Positions 1 through 11,604 of a stretch of 64,000 nucleotides of DNA are shown piece by piece (position 1 is the first letter of the stretch; the number at the start of each line of letters is the position of its first letter). Location: contig OZ296650.1 of the NCBI GenBank assembly GCA_965655095.1, positions 71,796,001 through 71,860,000 on the forward strand. The letters run 5' to 3'. A program made the position numbers and the translations under genes. The notes under the pieces were generated by a model. It was given only the letters and a program-made list of their open reading frames with translations. It did not search any database and was not told where the DNA came from. The DNA comes from Haplodiscus bocki. Taxonomy: Eukaryota.

Positions 1-189
1 TTGAGAGTGTTGTTAAATAAGAACTTGCCGTCTGTTTATTATAGAAAACTGTAATCTTCGTTATATGTTGCTGACTCAGCAATTTGGAGGAGTGAAATCC
101 TCCAAAGACAGTCAAAAGTGCCATATTATGGTATATGACAGCAACTAATTGAATATTGAAAAATTATGCATTTTTTTGAAAAATGGAAA

Positions 190-342
190 CTATGATTATC
201 ATATCATGACCATGGCATGAATCATTGAAATCATGGTGATCATACCATGATCATGCCAAGAATCATGGAGACCATTTCAAAAAAGCATGGCCACCATCCC
301 GTCAATATGGCATGAAAAGACCATGTTTTTTCCCACCCAGGC
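190..342. repeat. MITE-like relic built of CATG/ATCATG sub-repeats
   Basis: Dense catgatcatg/ccatgg motifs ending in ...cccacccagg. Similar CATG-rich ends occur at ~46560-46745 and ~51830-51960. Confidence 0.4.
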
Positions 343-2578
343 TAAGATAGATGCATAGATCTATCAAGTGGGCATAAGAAATGCGTTGCCATTAACTGAA
401 ACATCAGATTTTTGATCAAATAAAATTTCAAAGTTTTAACAGCGCAGAAAATTCAGTGTTGTCGGCATTCAGGTTGGATTTTTTATTTTTCTGAAAAACT
501 GGACAATGCATTCGGTGAGACTCCAGCTCGAAACAAGCTATTTAGAAAACCTGATTGGAAGCGTAGAACAAAGTATCGTCCGTGTAATATAATATCCTAC
601 AATTGGTTGTTATGTTATATCTGATGCCATTGTTTTAAATACTTAACAAAAGCAGCCTTAATTCTGTGCCTGTTCAAACACAATAATACAGATCTATCTC
701 CAGAAGTAAGTTTTTTTAATTTCAGTATTCTTTACAAAACCATCAGGCCACTCAATTAAGAACGCACACACCAGTAAGATGATGCTGGCCGAAAAGCAGA
801 GTATTCCAAAATAAAAATAAGTTTTGGTGGGTCATTTGTGCGCCGATGAATCTGGATTATGACAGATTAACTGGGTTGTTCACCCTGAGCCCGGCAGGGC
901 CTCGTGAGTCTAGAGGCTGTTCTGTTTGAAGTGTCTGTTTCCCTCCAAGTAACTCGAAACACAAATTTCAACTATTTTTTTTGAAGTGGATATTATCAGT
1001 TAAATCTTTTATCAAGTTGGAATAAACTCAAAATTACTTTTTCAAAAACTTTGTTGAAAACCATTTATATAACTGATCACGTAATAACAACTTCCATTGC
1101 GTCTCGAAGAAAACCAAACAACAAGAGAAAGTTAAACATGGCAAATTTCCTCTACATTTTAAGGGTTTTGTGCCCTCTTCTTGTCGCGACGTTTTATGAA
1201 TCAAACAAGACTGCTGCGGAATAAACACGATAAAAAAGTGTGATGGGAACGAATGCTGTAACTCTGTAAACCTAACGTATCAAACTTTTTTCTTTCTGCG
1301 AGACAACAAACCTGGTTTGATCACCGGCCCACTCCATCTTCTCAGTAGCTCATCTGACCGATTTTTCCCAAAAAACCCAATTAGTAGTTCATTCCATGAC
1401 TTTTGCTTTTATCTCAACGCATAGGCAGGAGTCTTGCTCCTTGAATTGGTCCAACTGCTCAGTAGCTCTTGCTTCGGGTTTCTCCCCGGACATCTCTCAT
1501 AAGTTGTTTTCTTCGCTTTTTCAACGCCCTACGTTCTAGTCATGGGGCCTTGTCAATCTTTGTTCGGGTGATCCGGGACAACAGTGTCGTCAGTTTTTTC
1601 AAAAGCATAGGACTTTTGCAGCCAAAAAAATTACAATCAGTTACATTGATTTTTTTTGCAGTAGAACTTTTTTGTTCGCAAAAAGTTAATGTTTTGCACA
1701 TTTTTTTGAGCGTAGGTTTCCTTCTCGAGCAAAACAGCAATTGTTTCTGCGGAATTACTCTTAAAATCGGTATTTCAGTTGAATGTTCATTAAAGATTCA
1801 AAAAATTATCAAGTAATCGATACGTTACTTGCGTGGCGCCACTTTTCCAAGTTGAGTCATTTGACAATGTTAGAAGGGAAAGACTCATTCAAAAATTAAA
1901 ATTTAGAGGCCCATAAATAACTGCTGCTGCAGTGAACGAAGCACTAAAACGAATGTCGTGAGTCATTGGGGGGCAAGAGAAGTTTTGGTAGCTCACTATG
2001 TATTCACAGCTAGAACAGCTTCCCGGATTAAAAAATGTTTTTTAGGAATACTAGTGGAATGCGAAACAGTTATGTGTCCGGATATGACAACAAAGCAACT
2101 TTGTCCAATTTCGTGATGAAACTAGAAAATTAATTCATGTTGTGACGCCTGGAGACGTGCCAATTGTTCTGTTTTCTTTTTCAGAAACACACTACTTAAG
2201 GGCCTTATGGTGACAACAATCGAGCGTTAAATTGATGAAGATGCATATTGACTATTGTTAGCTAGCTTTGGTGGTAAATGAGATGAGTAATTTCGAGAAC
2301 TTCCAAAACAATAATTTCTTCCTACTCCTCAAAATCATATCATCAAAAGCCTTTTTATCATCAAGGAATATCTGTATTCAAAAATAAGGTCCAGAGTTTG
2401 GTGTATAATGAATTTGAGCCACTCATTCCGCATGTGATCAAAATTGGACTTTTTCTGGGCAGGGGAATGAGAAGAGGAGAAGAGGTTTTGCAAAGTAGGG
2501 GTTTCAGTGGAACTTGGGAAATTGCTCAATTTGAAACTCCATTATCTGGCGCAGAAAAAGGATATCAATACTTTATTC

Positions 2579-2584
2579 TACTGT
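2579..2584. other. Left target-site duplication TACTGT
   Basis: Identical to 20633-20638; a 6-bp TSD is typical of Polintons. Confidence 0.93.
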
Positions 2585-3262
2585 AGTAGCAGAAAAATGA
2601 GCAGATCGGGTGAGGGGGGGGGGGGGTTGAAGACGCTATGTATTAAGATAGGCTATAGCGAGCCGACTCGAGTCGAGAGCCGAGAAGGGTCTTCAACCTT
2701 AGCCGAGAGCTTTAAGGATACGTAATATTAGTGACGTAATACTCGGATACTGTTGTGACTCAATGCTATATGAAAAGATAGTTCGTCAACCTAATAGGGT
2801 AAAGTATAGTTCGGCATTGTATTAAGATAGGGTATAGTTCGGCTCAATGTATTGAGATAGGGTATAGTTCGGCAATGTATTAAGATAGGGTGTAGTTGGG
2901 ATCCTTGTAATAAGAGAGGGTATAGTTTTGTTCAATTTCTTAAGTTAGGGTATATTTCGGCAATGTATTAAGATAGGGTCTAGTTCGGTAATGTATCAAA
3001 ATAAGCAATGTCCCTAAGTAGTATAGGGAATGGGGTGTTCAAAACGGGGGGGGTCCTTAGCAGCTGTGGGATATACAACGGGTCTAATCCTTTCTTATTT
3101 GGAGAGACTTTTTGTGGGCCCGCATTTTTTATTACGCGTGCGGATAAAATTTTACGCTTGCGGACATTTTATTACGCGTGCGGATAATGATTTGACTTAA
3201 TGCTATGTGAAATGATTGTATTACTGTCTTAAAAAATTAATTAGAATGTATAAATTAAGCAA
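2585..3262 (+). repeat. Left terminal inverted repeat of the Polinton (inner boundary approximate)
   Basis: Aligns with the reverse complement of ~19978-20632: G-run+ttgaagac, tatgtattaagata, gagccgactc, aatgtccctaagtagtatagg, tttattacgcgtgcggata, gacttaatgctatgtgaaa. Confidence 0.9.
2790..3000 (+). repeat. Subterminal tandem array of 28-30 bp units in the left TIR
   Basis: About 7 copies of aatgtattaagatagggtatagttcggc(tc). Confidence 0.9.
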
Positions 3263-3306
3263 AGACATTGTATAACCTGCAAATTTACATTAGAGAAATT
3301 GAAAAA

Positions 3307-3706
3307 TTACATGCAAATACTTATGAATGAAAGTACATTAACATGGTGAACTCCTGTAATTTCTTCTTGTCGGAATATTAACTGATGAAAAGCTGCATAT
3401 ATCGTGTAGAGCCAGCATACACTAGAATGAGACTGTAGTTGGTAGTTGTTCTGGCATCATCTGTTCATATTGCCACTTGAGAAAACTGTACTTTTTACGA
3501 CCAGGAGAGTCTGCAAAAGACAATATTTGACAAGAATTTGCCATCATTATCCAATGATCACCCTGCAAAATGCTGGATTGAGTTTTTATGATGGCAAAAA
3601 TTTCATTGTCAAGAGTTGGAACGTAGTCAGAGGGAAAAGAGCCACGGTACCAATATTTGAGTAGTTGGATACGGTTGATTAGTTACTGGAGAGAAGCATT
3701 ATCCAT
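3307..3706 (-). pseudogene. Adenain-like (adenovirus-type) cysteine maturation protease
   Basis: Manual translation MDNASLQ*LINR...YRGSFPSD...QGDHWIMM...SFADSPG...QLQSHSSVCWLYTIY...ICM*. His, Asp, Gln and Cys are in adenain order. One premature stop and a 7-bp duplication frameshift. Not in the ORF track. Confidence 0.85.
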
Positions 3707-3707
3707 T

Positions 3708-5055
3708 TTAGATGTTTTTTCCAACAACATCAAACTGGTCAACTGCAACCGAAGACATTCGTTCTCCCAATACAATGAGTTCAGTAACGTGTTCTAGGGG
3801 AAAAGAATAGTTTAACTTCAACCTCAGTGGTTCCCCAAATAGTTCTGGGTAATGACATTTTTCAGCAGCATCTTGCATCGAAGTCAAATCAAACACTAAT
3901 ACAAAGTAGTCTTTGAAATTATAAGTTGGAATTGAAGGGATATCGGCTTGAAAGTTCATTGCTTTCATTGTTGTAACAGAAAGGCGACAATTATCAGCAG
4001 CAACAAAGTCTACAATTGGCTGACCTCCTCTGAGTATTCTTATTTGTGTAAGATAAATTTGTTCATACCAGAATCGATTTACAGTATAAAATCCAGTGAA
4101 TGCAGAGTTGTTATTCATTGCAATAGCAATCCGATGAGCTGGAGCATTGCTGAAAATGTTTTCTTGAATGAACTGGTTTTGTCTGGCAGGAATGATGCAA
4201 ATCTTTGCAAACGTTTCCAAATAGTTGAACTCCACAGGAATGTAAACAAGCATGTCCATTCGTTTCTTGTGATAATCATCCTTGAGAGCAATACAACGAG
4301 TGTAAAGTGAACAATCAACAATTCCAAGACTGTCGTTGGGGTTGTCGCTAATCATATAGAAATTAGGTCTAGTTCTGATTAGTCGTAGACTAATTCTCAT
4401 ATTCGGATATAACAATTCAGAAGTGGTGAAAAAGTCAACCCCCAATTTACCATACAACATGAAGCCATCAGGTCTGCTAAGCATTTTCATTCTCCTTGTG
4501 AAAAAAGATTCAGACAAAGGCGCTCCCATAATTTCATCAAGCAGTTCTTCATAGTCGTACCCCTTGCAGTGCAAAACTCCCTTGTATTCAGAGATGGCTC
4601 CCTTGAAGTTGTCGGAAAAGTAAGATTTGTGCGCATACAATCTATTAGAGTTGTAATTTTGCTGATTGTTGATGTACACTTCAACATTGGAAAAAATTGA
4701 GTGCAAAATGTTGTTTACATGAGCAACGAGAGGAACTGGTGCCTCCTCCTCCGTCGTCTTTTCCTCATCCGCTTTTGCTTCTTCTTCGTCCTCTTTTCCT
4801 ACTTCTTTGCTATTGTAAGTTTCGTAACTACGACCCCTGACAAGTTTCAGTTTCAAAGCCAAGTACGTCTGTCCCAAATCAACGTAAGAGTTCCGATCCG
4901 TTTGAAATTCCAACTCTAAGCAGTTTTGATCGAGTGAAGTAGCAGAGTAGCTTTCTTGTTCTTGGGACCGACATGACATCGTCAACTACTGGGACTTCCC
5001 CTCCAAGATTTCCGGAAACTGCCACAAAAGGTCGGTACCAAAAATTACGCGACTT
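3708..5055 (-). CDS. Polinton major capsid protein (double jelly-roll); main body open, N-terminus frameshifted
   Basis: 425-aa ORF 3708-4985 with YVDL..TYL.LKLKL, VNNILHSIFSNVEVYINNQ and FDLT motifs typical of Polinton MCP. An upstream frame continues ..RPFVAVSGNLGGKVPVVDD to ~5055. Confidence 0.88.
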
Positions 5056-5057
5056 GA

Positions 5058-5421
5058 TTTTTGAGAAATGTTTGTAAAAATGTCTCTTCGCAACCGACAG
5101 ATTGGTTTTGCAGATTTCTTTGGAATGACTCTGATTACAGTACTGTTCCTGCTACCACTACCCAACTGTTTTCTCAGAGTCTGTCTTCCTACACTCTTTG
5201 CAGCTATCCTGAAATTCGTTCTACCACTAACAACCTCTTCAATTTCTGGCGCACCAAATACCAACAATTCAGCACCTGCTCATTTTGCAGCTGGGACCTA
5301 TATTTACGCAAAAATGGACTTGCAGTTCTTTGATAACTTGTGCAAGTGCGCGGAATACCCGTCGGCGTTGTCGACCAACACCTCTATAAAATGGAATCTC
5401 TATTTGTCTTGAAGCAACCAT
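5058..5421 (-). pseudogene. Small basic core / membrane-active precursor protein
   Basis: MVASRQIEIPFYRGVGRQRRRVFRALAQVI...(frameshift)...AAKSVGRQTLRKQLGSGSR. Arg-rich, with an amphipathic segment and a QxGxG motif, located between penton and MCP as in other Polintons. Confidence 0.65.
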
Positions 5422-5438
5422 CTTGTAACGTCTTTATG

Positions 5439-6239
5439 TTAGAAATGAATGTTGAAGGCTTTTATGAACGTCAAAACAAGACGAGTGATACCGACAGATA
5501 CAAAAAGTACTTTTTCACCGGTCGTGTCTCTCAAGTCAATGTGAATACTATGAAAAGAATTTTTGAGCAGCAGTCTCAGTTGCAGGTTGCTAAATGTCTG
5601 ATAGTTCTTGTACTGTCCAGTAGTTATAATGTCTCCAGACTTGAGCTTCGAAATAAAAAGAAAGCAAGGCAGCAATGGATCTTTCGTGTCGCCAACGATT
5701 TTTGTACTTAATCAGGTCAGTGTATGTCACGAAAGAGTGTATGCGTACAATGTAAGAAATTTCTGGTTTCTGAGGTCCTTTTGTTCTTAACATTGCTCCA
5801 AATTCATTACCAAAATTGCTTCCGAAAATGTGTCCCAGATCTGTACTAAAAATTGCAGGACCAGATCCTGCATTTGCAAGGTAAATTTCAATTTTTTGCA
5901 TTTTTCGAGACACTTTAACTGTGATACATTTTTCACTGTGATTGTGATTTTCTTGAATGAGAGTTTCATGGCTTCATCATTATCCGTAATGCAAGGGTAA
6001 AGACCAAGTTCCAGATAGTAAAATTCTGACGACTTTGAAAGTTTGCTGTCCAAAAACATAAATTTTCCCTCCATGACATTTTGGTAGATTGACGTGTAGG
6101 ATATTTCTGAAAATGCAAACTCCGATTGAGCTTCCAGGTTCAGTTGTTCTGGTAAGAAGTTTATAAAAGAGCTCAGTAGATTGTCTGGAAACAATTGCGC
6201 TGATGCATTTGAAACCAACTCTATTGTAAACGATTCCTT
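5439..6239 (-). pseudogene. Minor capsid protein (penton)
   Basis: N-terminal ELVSNASAQLFPDNLLSSFINFLPEQLNL...EISY and C-terminal FHSIHIDLRDTTGEKV.F....TRLVL.F match the Polinton penton pattern. Split over three frames. Confidence 0.82.
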
Positions 6240-6241
6240 AG

Positions 6242-7175
6242 TTAAATGACTTTGGACAACTCTTTCTGATAAAATTTACAGCGGATAATAATATCTTGTT
6301 CATCCCTTATTGTGTATGTTGGAGGTTTTCTGGAAAAAATTGCAACAATTTCGAAAACCTCTTTTGTGAACTGTTGCTTATAACCCATCCTAAAGGGTAA
6401 GTCATGCTTTGAGATTCGAAATCTGTCTCCATTATTAAACTTGGGTTTTCTAAATACTCGTTTTTTTGCTGTACATAATGGACAAAAAGTCGGAATTCTT
6501 TACATTCTTTGGTATCAAGTCTATCGAGCAATTTCGCCGAGAATTTAGTGTTGTAACGAATTGAGTCAAATTGTGAAGGTACTTGTATCCATTGTTTTCC
6601 ATGTAACGGTGCAGTATATTTTTCAGGAATCGTATTGTACGTTCAGCAAATGCGGCCTTGGTCTCACTCATTGTAATGTAAAATTGTAATCCTTCTGCTT
6701 CGCATAGTTTTTTAAACTCTCCAGCAAGTTCTGTCCTATTGTCAACCCCAATTCTTTTCAGACGATTCTTTTTTGTAATCGTTGTTAAAAATGCACGAAC
6801 CGTTTCCTTGGAATCTTTTGTTTTCATTCTCTTTGCATCTACAGTTCTGTCAAACAAGTCTTGACGAACTAGAAGACAGTTTACACCGTTTTTATCTTTG
6901 GCTAATTTATCAACTATGCCAAATTCAAACACCAAATTTCTTTTTCGAGTCTGGCAAATGCCTTCATTCACTCGAATTTACGCGTAGCCAGAGTAAATTT
7001 TGGGTACGAAGGTTTTGAAGGTGAAAAGTGTCTCACCTTTGGTACTGGTAGATTGATGGCTTTCAATAAATTCTACACAGAGCCATAAGCAGCACCACTT
7101 TGTGTATACATTCTTTGCAGCTTCTGATGTTCCTATTTTGAAAGCGACCCAGCTTCCCCTATTTTGTCTTGGGCT
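6242..7175 (-). pseudogene. Retroviral-like (rve, DDE) integrase
   Basis: YTQSGAAYGS; DKLAKDKNGV..LLVRQDLFDR; VDNRTELAGEF; KAAFAERTIRFLK; C-terminal F.KGYK..FTKEVF..KFYQKEL. Several frameshifts and stops. Confidence 0.92.
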
Positions 7176-7528
7176 TTTCCGATTGGACACATACCAGCAG
7201 TGTCAAGTAAAGTGAAGTAAATGTCTGGAACGTCTGCGTTTTTACGCCGCAGTTGTTGAACAAATTCTGAAAGTAAAACTCTAGTTTCTACACAATATAA
7301 GATCAAAGTTTGCGAATTTGAAAGCTTGATAGGAGGACATGGCGAAATTTTGTCGACTGAAGAGTCTGCGTAGGCAAACAGTTTTTGGCGTTTTTCCTTC
7401 TTAAGCAAATCAGTTTGGTACGTGGGATCTTGTAGAGGTTGTTTCTTTGGAAGTTCCTACTTTGTAACTGGTTGGGTAATCGAAGTTTTGTTGTACACAG
7501 AAGCAGGAACGAAGACAAACTGGTCCAT
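7133..7528 (-). pseudogene. Polinton hypothetical protein upstream of integrase
   Basis: MDQFVFVPASVYNK... continues through frameshifts into ..IKLSNSQTLIL..VPDIYFTLLD..GSWVAFK. Confidence 0.5.
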
Positions 7529-7529
7529 A

Positions 7530-7800
7530 TCAAAACAAATGGTTAATGACGGGAGGAGTAATGACATTAGTGAGCTGTAAGCCTTTTTCGGACGCCAGAA
7601 TGTCTCTTCTTGGTTCCAAGTTGTACGCTTTAGAGACAATAGTCAAAACTTGCTTTGAAGTATTGCCACGTGCTGTCTTTTTATGCTTTGCAGGTTTCCT
7701 TTGAGCAGATTTGTTATGCATTCACAAAGAAACCGGGTAAAATATTTTGGGCAAGGCTGAAGGAAAAGATTTTTGCACTTGTGGAAAAATGATGGGAACA
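7530..7800 (-). pseudogene. Polinton small basic hypothetical protein
   Basis: FLCECITNLLKGNL motif followed by a basic tail; resembles the small conserved Polinton gene next to the ATPase. Confidence 0.5.
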
Positions 7801-8482
7801 CGTGGAGGGTAGAGAGATTTCGTGTGTTCATCGTCCAAAAATTTTGATTGTTTCAGCCGGTCCGGGATATATAGTTTTGAAGGAATGGATCCCGTGTTTG
7901 CACACTAACGTAATCGATCCTCTGTGCGTGGCGACAAGTCAATCCGTAAATGACCGTAGGGAACAGATGTTGCGTCTCGATACCAATCAACTAGCTTTGA
8001 TCTGAGTCCCATTTGTGCACTAAGCGTGCTGAAGTGCATCACCTACGGGGAAACTTGAAAAGAACAATGTGCGCGTTCTGGAGCTCAAGGTCTCGCCCGA
8101 GTTTGCTTTAATGAAACAAGTTGTGCTTAATGTAACTAGTACTCAATCCACGATGTCTTCTAGCAGTAGCAATATCAACAAATGCTTTCGAATTGCAAAT
8201 CTTTTCATATGAATCGTCAAAGAACAACAAAGATTTTGTACCGTTGTTTTTTATCGAATCTGTAATTTCAAAGTTTACAACTTCAGCAAGCTCGAGATTT
8301 TCAATCTCTTGCATTTCACCATAAAGTGTCTGAGAGTGTTGATAAAAAAAGTAAATTTTCTCAAATTTTGTTCAAAAGGTTCCATTTTTGAGCCATTTGT
8401 AAACAAAATGTGACTTTCCCGTCTCGGAGAGACCTACCAATGATATAAAGACGCGATTTTTTGTAAAATTTAACTTGTTCTT
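7790..8482 (-). pseudogene. A32/FtsK-HerA-type DNA packaging ATPase
   Basis: Walker A LVGLSETGKS (8411-8440), Walker B LLFFDD, then ATARRHRGLS..YIKHNLFH and QNAHIVLFK. Confidence 0.92.
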
Positions 8483-8695
8483 AGTCTTGGTGATGGTAAA
8501 ATGTATCCTGCTGCAGTACATAAAATTCCCACCCAAACAGCTGATTTGTCACAAGTTTTTGAAGGATTAATTATCCAAAACCAACCATAGAGAATCAACA
8601 AAATCACAAAAAGTTGGGACAGAAACACAATTCAAATGCTGGGAAAGTTTGTCCCAAACATGCCCACGATTTTCTCTCTTGACTGTTGTCGTCAA
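8480..8695 (-). pseudogene. Small two-TM membrane protein ending GYILPSP
   Basis: Manual translation IVFLSQLFVILLILYGWFWIINPSKTCDKSAVWVGILCTAAGYILPSPRL shows two hydrophobic helices; N-terminus disrupted. Confidence 0.55.
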
Positions 8696-8847
8696 AGACA
8701 ATTGTAACCTAGATTAAAATTATCTTCCTAATCAATCATCTGCTTTGTACGTTCACTTTCTCAATAATGAATCTCGAAAAAAACGATTAAATCGATTCAA
8801 AATGTTTATTTTCGTAGAAAGTTTCAATACCTTTTACCTTAGAAACT

Positions 8848-9299
8848 CTACAACATTAAATGCTGCATTATCCAGTTACCAAACAATTCTGCCTGACACT
8901 CTGCACAGTGAAGTGTGGTCCTGTGTCTGAATGGGGAACTCGAGCAAATCCAAGCTTCTCCTTCAACGAGATCTTGAATTTTAAGACAGCCGTTGTCTTC
9001 CAAAAATTCCACTCTGCATCCAATTGATTGCCAAGAATCTTGCATTTTTCAGTTCCCTTTGCAAAAAATTCACATTTTACAGCTCTAGGAAGAATGTTTG
9101 AAAACTCACTGTTCTCCAAACGTCCACTGTTCCACACAATTCCGTGCATGTTTCTTGTGCACCAAAACGCTTGTTTTGTGGGTTTGTACTTCTTCGGAGG
9201 ACGACATGAGTATCCCTGAACATTACCATCAATAAAAACTCCCAAATATTTGAGAACGTTTTTATCTGCCAACTCAATATCTAGTACAATGCAACACAT
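8848..9299 (-). pseudogene. Putative DnaQ/DEDD-fold nuclease-like protein with C-terminal Cys/His cluster
   Basis: IVLDIE (ExoI-like DxE), HGIVW..G and FAKGTEK; after a frameshift WICSSSPFRH.TTLHCAE. Confidence 0.5.
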
Positions 9300-10204
9300 A
9301 TTGTTTCAGAAGTCTGCAGTGTTGAAAATGGAGGGCAGAAAGAGTTTTACGTAAAGGCGAAAGAGTAGTCCAGTCACGTGACCGAGCAAACATGAAGTTG
9401 GTCCTGGCCCAATCATGTAACAGTAACCTGGAACACTGCGACTATGTGCCTGCACCGCTCCAAGAGAATCATGTAGCATCGCATGTAGTCTAAATACTTT
9501 GAAATGACGAAATAAAAACTCCAAGTACTAGTCCTTATAACCAGTGGTTCCACCAAAATCAAAATTTTGATCCATTTCACGTAAGGAAAATTTAGAATGC
9601 TAACAGAAACATGCACTTACATATAGGTTTTTGCGAACACCATTGTGTTCAAATGACATTTTTACTACCGGGTACAATCGGAAAATGCTCATGAGGAAAA
9701 GAACATCCATTCTTGACGGAGTTTGTCTTAATTATGAACAGTTGTTTCATCCAGTACAATGCACCGCTTGTAGATTATGTCAATGTAGCTCAAGAGATAT
9801 ACTCGTTTTGCCAAAAGTGACTGGTATTTTGTCATTTTCCGATCCATTTCTTTATCTTTGACGTATAAACTGTTTTGGTAGCAATGTACGACAGTATACA
9901 ATATTCAACTTGTCTGCATCAGTCTGGAAGTTTACAAGTACTTTCTCCTACCATTATTTATTGTCCATTTTAGCCAAGTTATTTGTTCTTTGGAATCAGT
10001 CGTTGCATTGTTTGCCAGTTGTTGCATTTCAACTACAGCCATTGTAAGTTTTCGGGAGAAAATTTGGAGTTGTAAGTACAACATGATAAAGTCCCAATTT
10101 TGATTTTAGCTTGAGAAAGATGTTTCTATTATCTCCATTGTTCCAATTCGTCTTGACTTGAACAGAAAAATAATGATAAAGAGTAAACAGATGAAAATAC
10201 CTTT

Positions 10205-10781
10205 CATAGGATATTACAAATGGGTTATTAGTAATAACTTTATCGTATACAGAATTCATTACATCAAGTAAATAGATAAATTGTCGAAGTTTAAATTTCA
10301 CATAGACAATTTGTTGAAACTTCTCGTCCTCCATCTTCCTTGCAAGTATTCGGACTTGAGCATAAGAACTCTCAGGCTTGTCGACAATATACCGCAGCAG
10401 AGTCACACAAATCTTTCTGTTTGCTCTGTCCACTACGTCAAACACCTTGTGAGCCGGTTTGAGTTGTTCATCCATGTCTTCGGACATTGTAGGTACCAGC
10501 ACTGGGCTCAAATTTTCCTTTCTAGCGAAGTTTTTGGCTGCATTGACCAGCTAATTCCTCAATCTCATAAACTGGATGAAATCTGCTTCTCCCATTGTAA
10601 GATTTTGGACCAGTCTGAACTCTTTGTTGTCATCTTTTGTGAATACATTGAGTTTTACATCCAAGTAGTTGGAGTCGTTTTTGGACCAAGAAAGTCGTCC
10701 AAATCAGTCTTGACATTTGCCAAAGTCCATATAGTCGGTACAATTTGACTTGTGCGAGGAAGCAGTAGTGTTGTAAGCCAT
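10205..10781 (-). pseudogene. Putative tandem PC4/PUR-like ssDNA-binding protein
   Basis: One frame with two internal stops. Two similar beta-beta-helix units: SWSKNDSNYLDVKLNVF..KEF..NLTMGEADFIQF and ICVTLLRY..SYAQVRIL..EKFQQIVYVKFKLRQFIYL. Confidence 0.5.
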
Positions 10782-10904
10782 GGGTGAACGAGATAGAATG
10801 CTGGTAGCTGAAAGAAGTGATTTGTTTTTGTGAATTAAGGTTAGAAAATGCTTTTGCAGCTGCATTTCGTTACTTATATACGCATCTTTGTTGGTCATTG
10901 TCAC

Positions 10905-11490
10905 GTGTCATTTCCGTATATCGAACATCTTTCCTTTTTTGGTAGGTTTGTACAAAACGTAAAAGTACCTTGTTTTTCAGATCCATTTGTTCAGATATTG
11001 ACACAACAATCGGCTGGCATCTGTAATGTTACAAGTGATTCTCAGATTTCATACAAGTTATTCAAAAAACAGCGTCTTCATTTCTGAAAACACATATGAA
11101 AAACATATTGTGAGTAAAGAATACTCTATTGCTTGCGACGATGACAAGATTCGCTTCCTACCCAACTGCAGATATCACATTATTCTAATAGGCAACAATA
11201 AAGAGTTGCTACAGAAATTTGATGCACTCTGTTTCAACTACCAACACGTGGATTCTCTGTACATAGTTCTCAAGAACCGCTTCAGTGACAAAATTATTGT
11301 CAAGAGTAGACAACTCTAATTTTTGCAGAGGGCAGTTCATTTCAATAAGCAAAACGGAGGAGTGGACAGAATGCCCAGCAACGCAAAAAAGAGACCTTTG
11401 AGGAAAAAGTACAGAAAACTTTTGTTGATTTCCTTGCAAAAGACCAAATCGACGCAAACTAGTAGATCAGTCTTTGCAAACAGAGTTTAA
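10905..11490 (+). pseudogene. Polinton hypothetical protein (frameshifted)
   Basis: Consecutive plus-strand ORFs 10848-11087 and 11026-11319 appear to be pieces of one gene; no family recognised. Confidence 0.3.
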
Positions 11491-11604
11491 CAAGTTAAAA
11501 AGACTAAAGTCGAGCTAGAACTGATAAAAATTGTATATTGCTTTCTAGATGGTTATGGTAACTGTACTAGTAATTTAGTATCTTTAAATAAATACTTTGT
11601 ATAC

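Noticed and set aside
1034-1816. Short ORFs on both strands, possibly a transposase relic
   Set aside because: No recognisable motif.
9306-10000. Further Polinton gene between the nuclease-like and PC4-like genes
   Set aside because: Probably coding once, but too fragmented to fix frame, ends or function.
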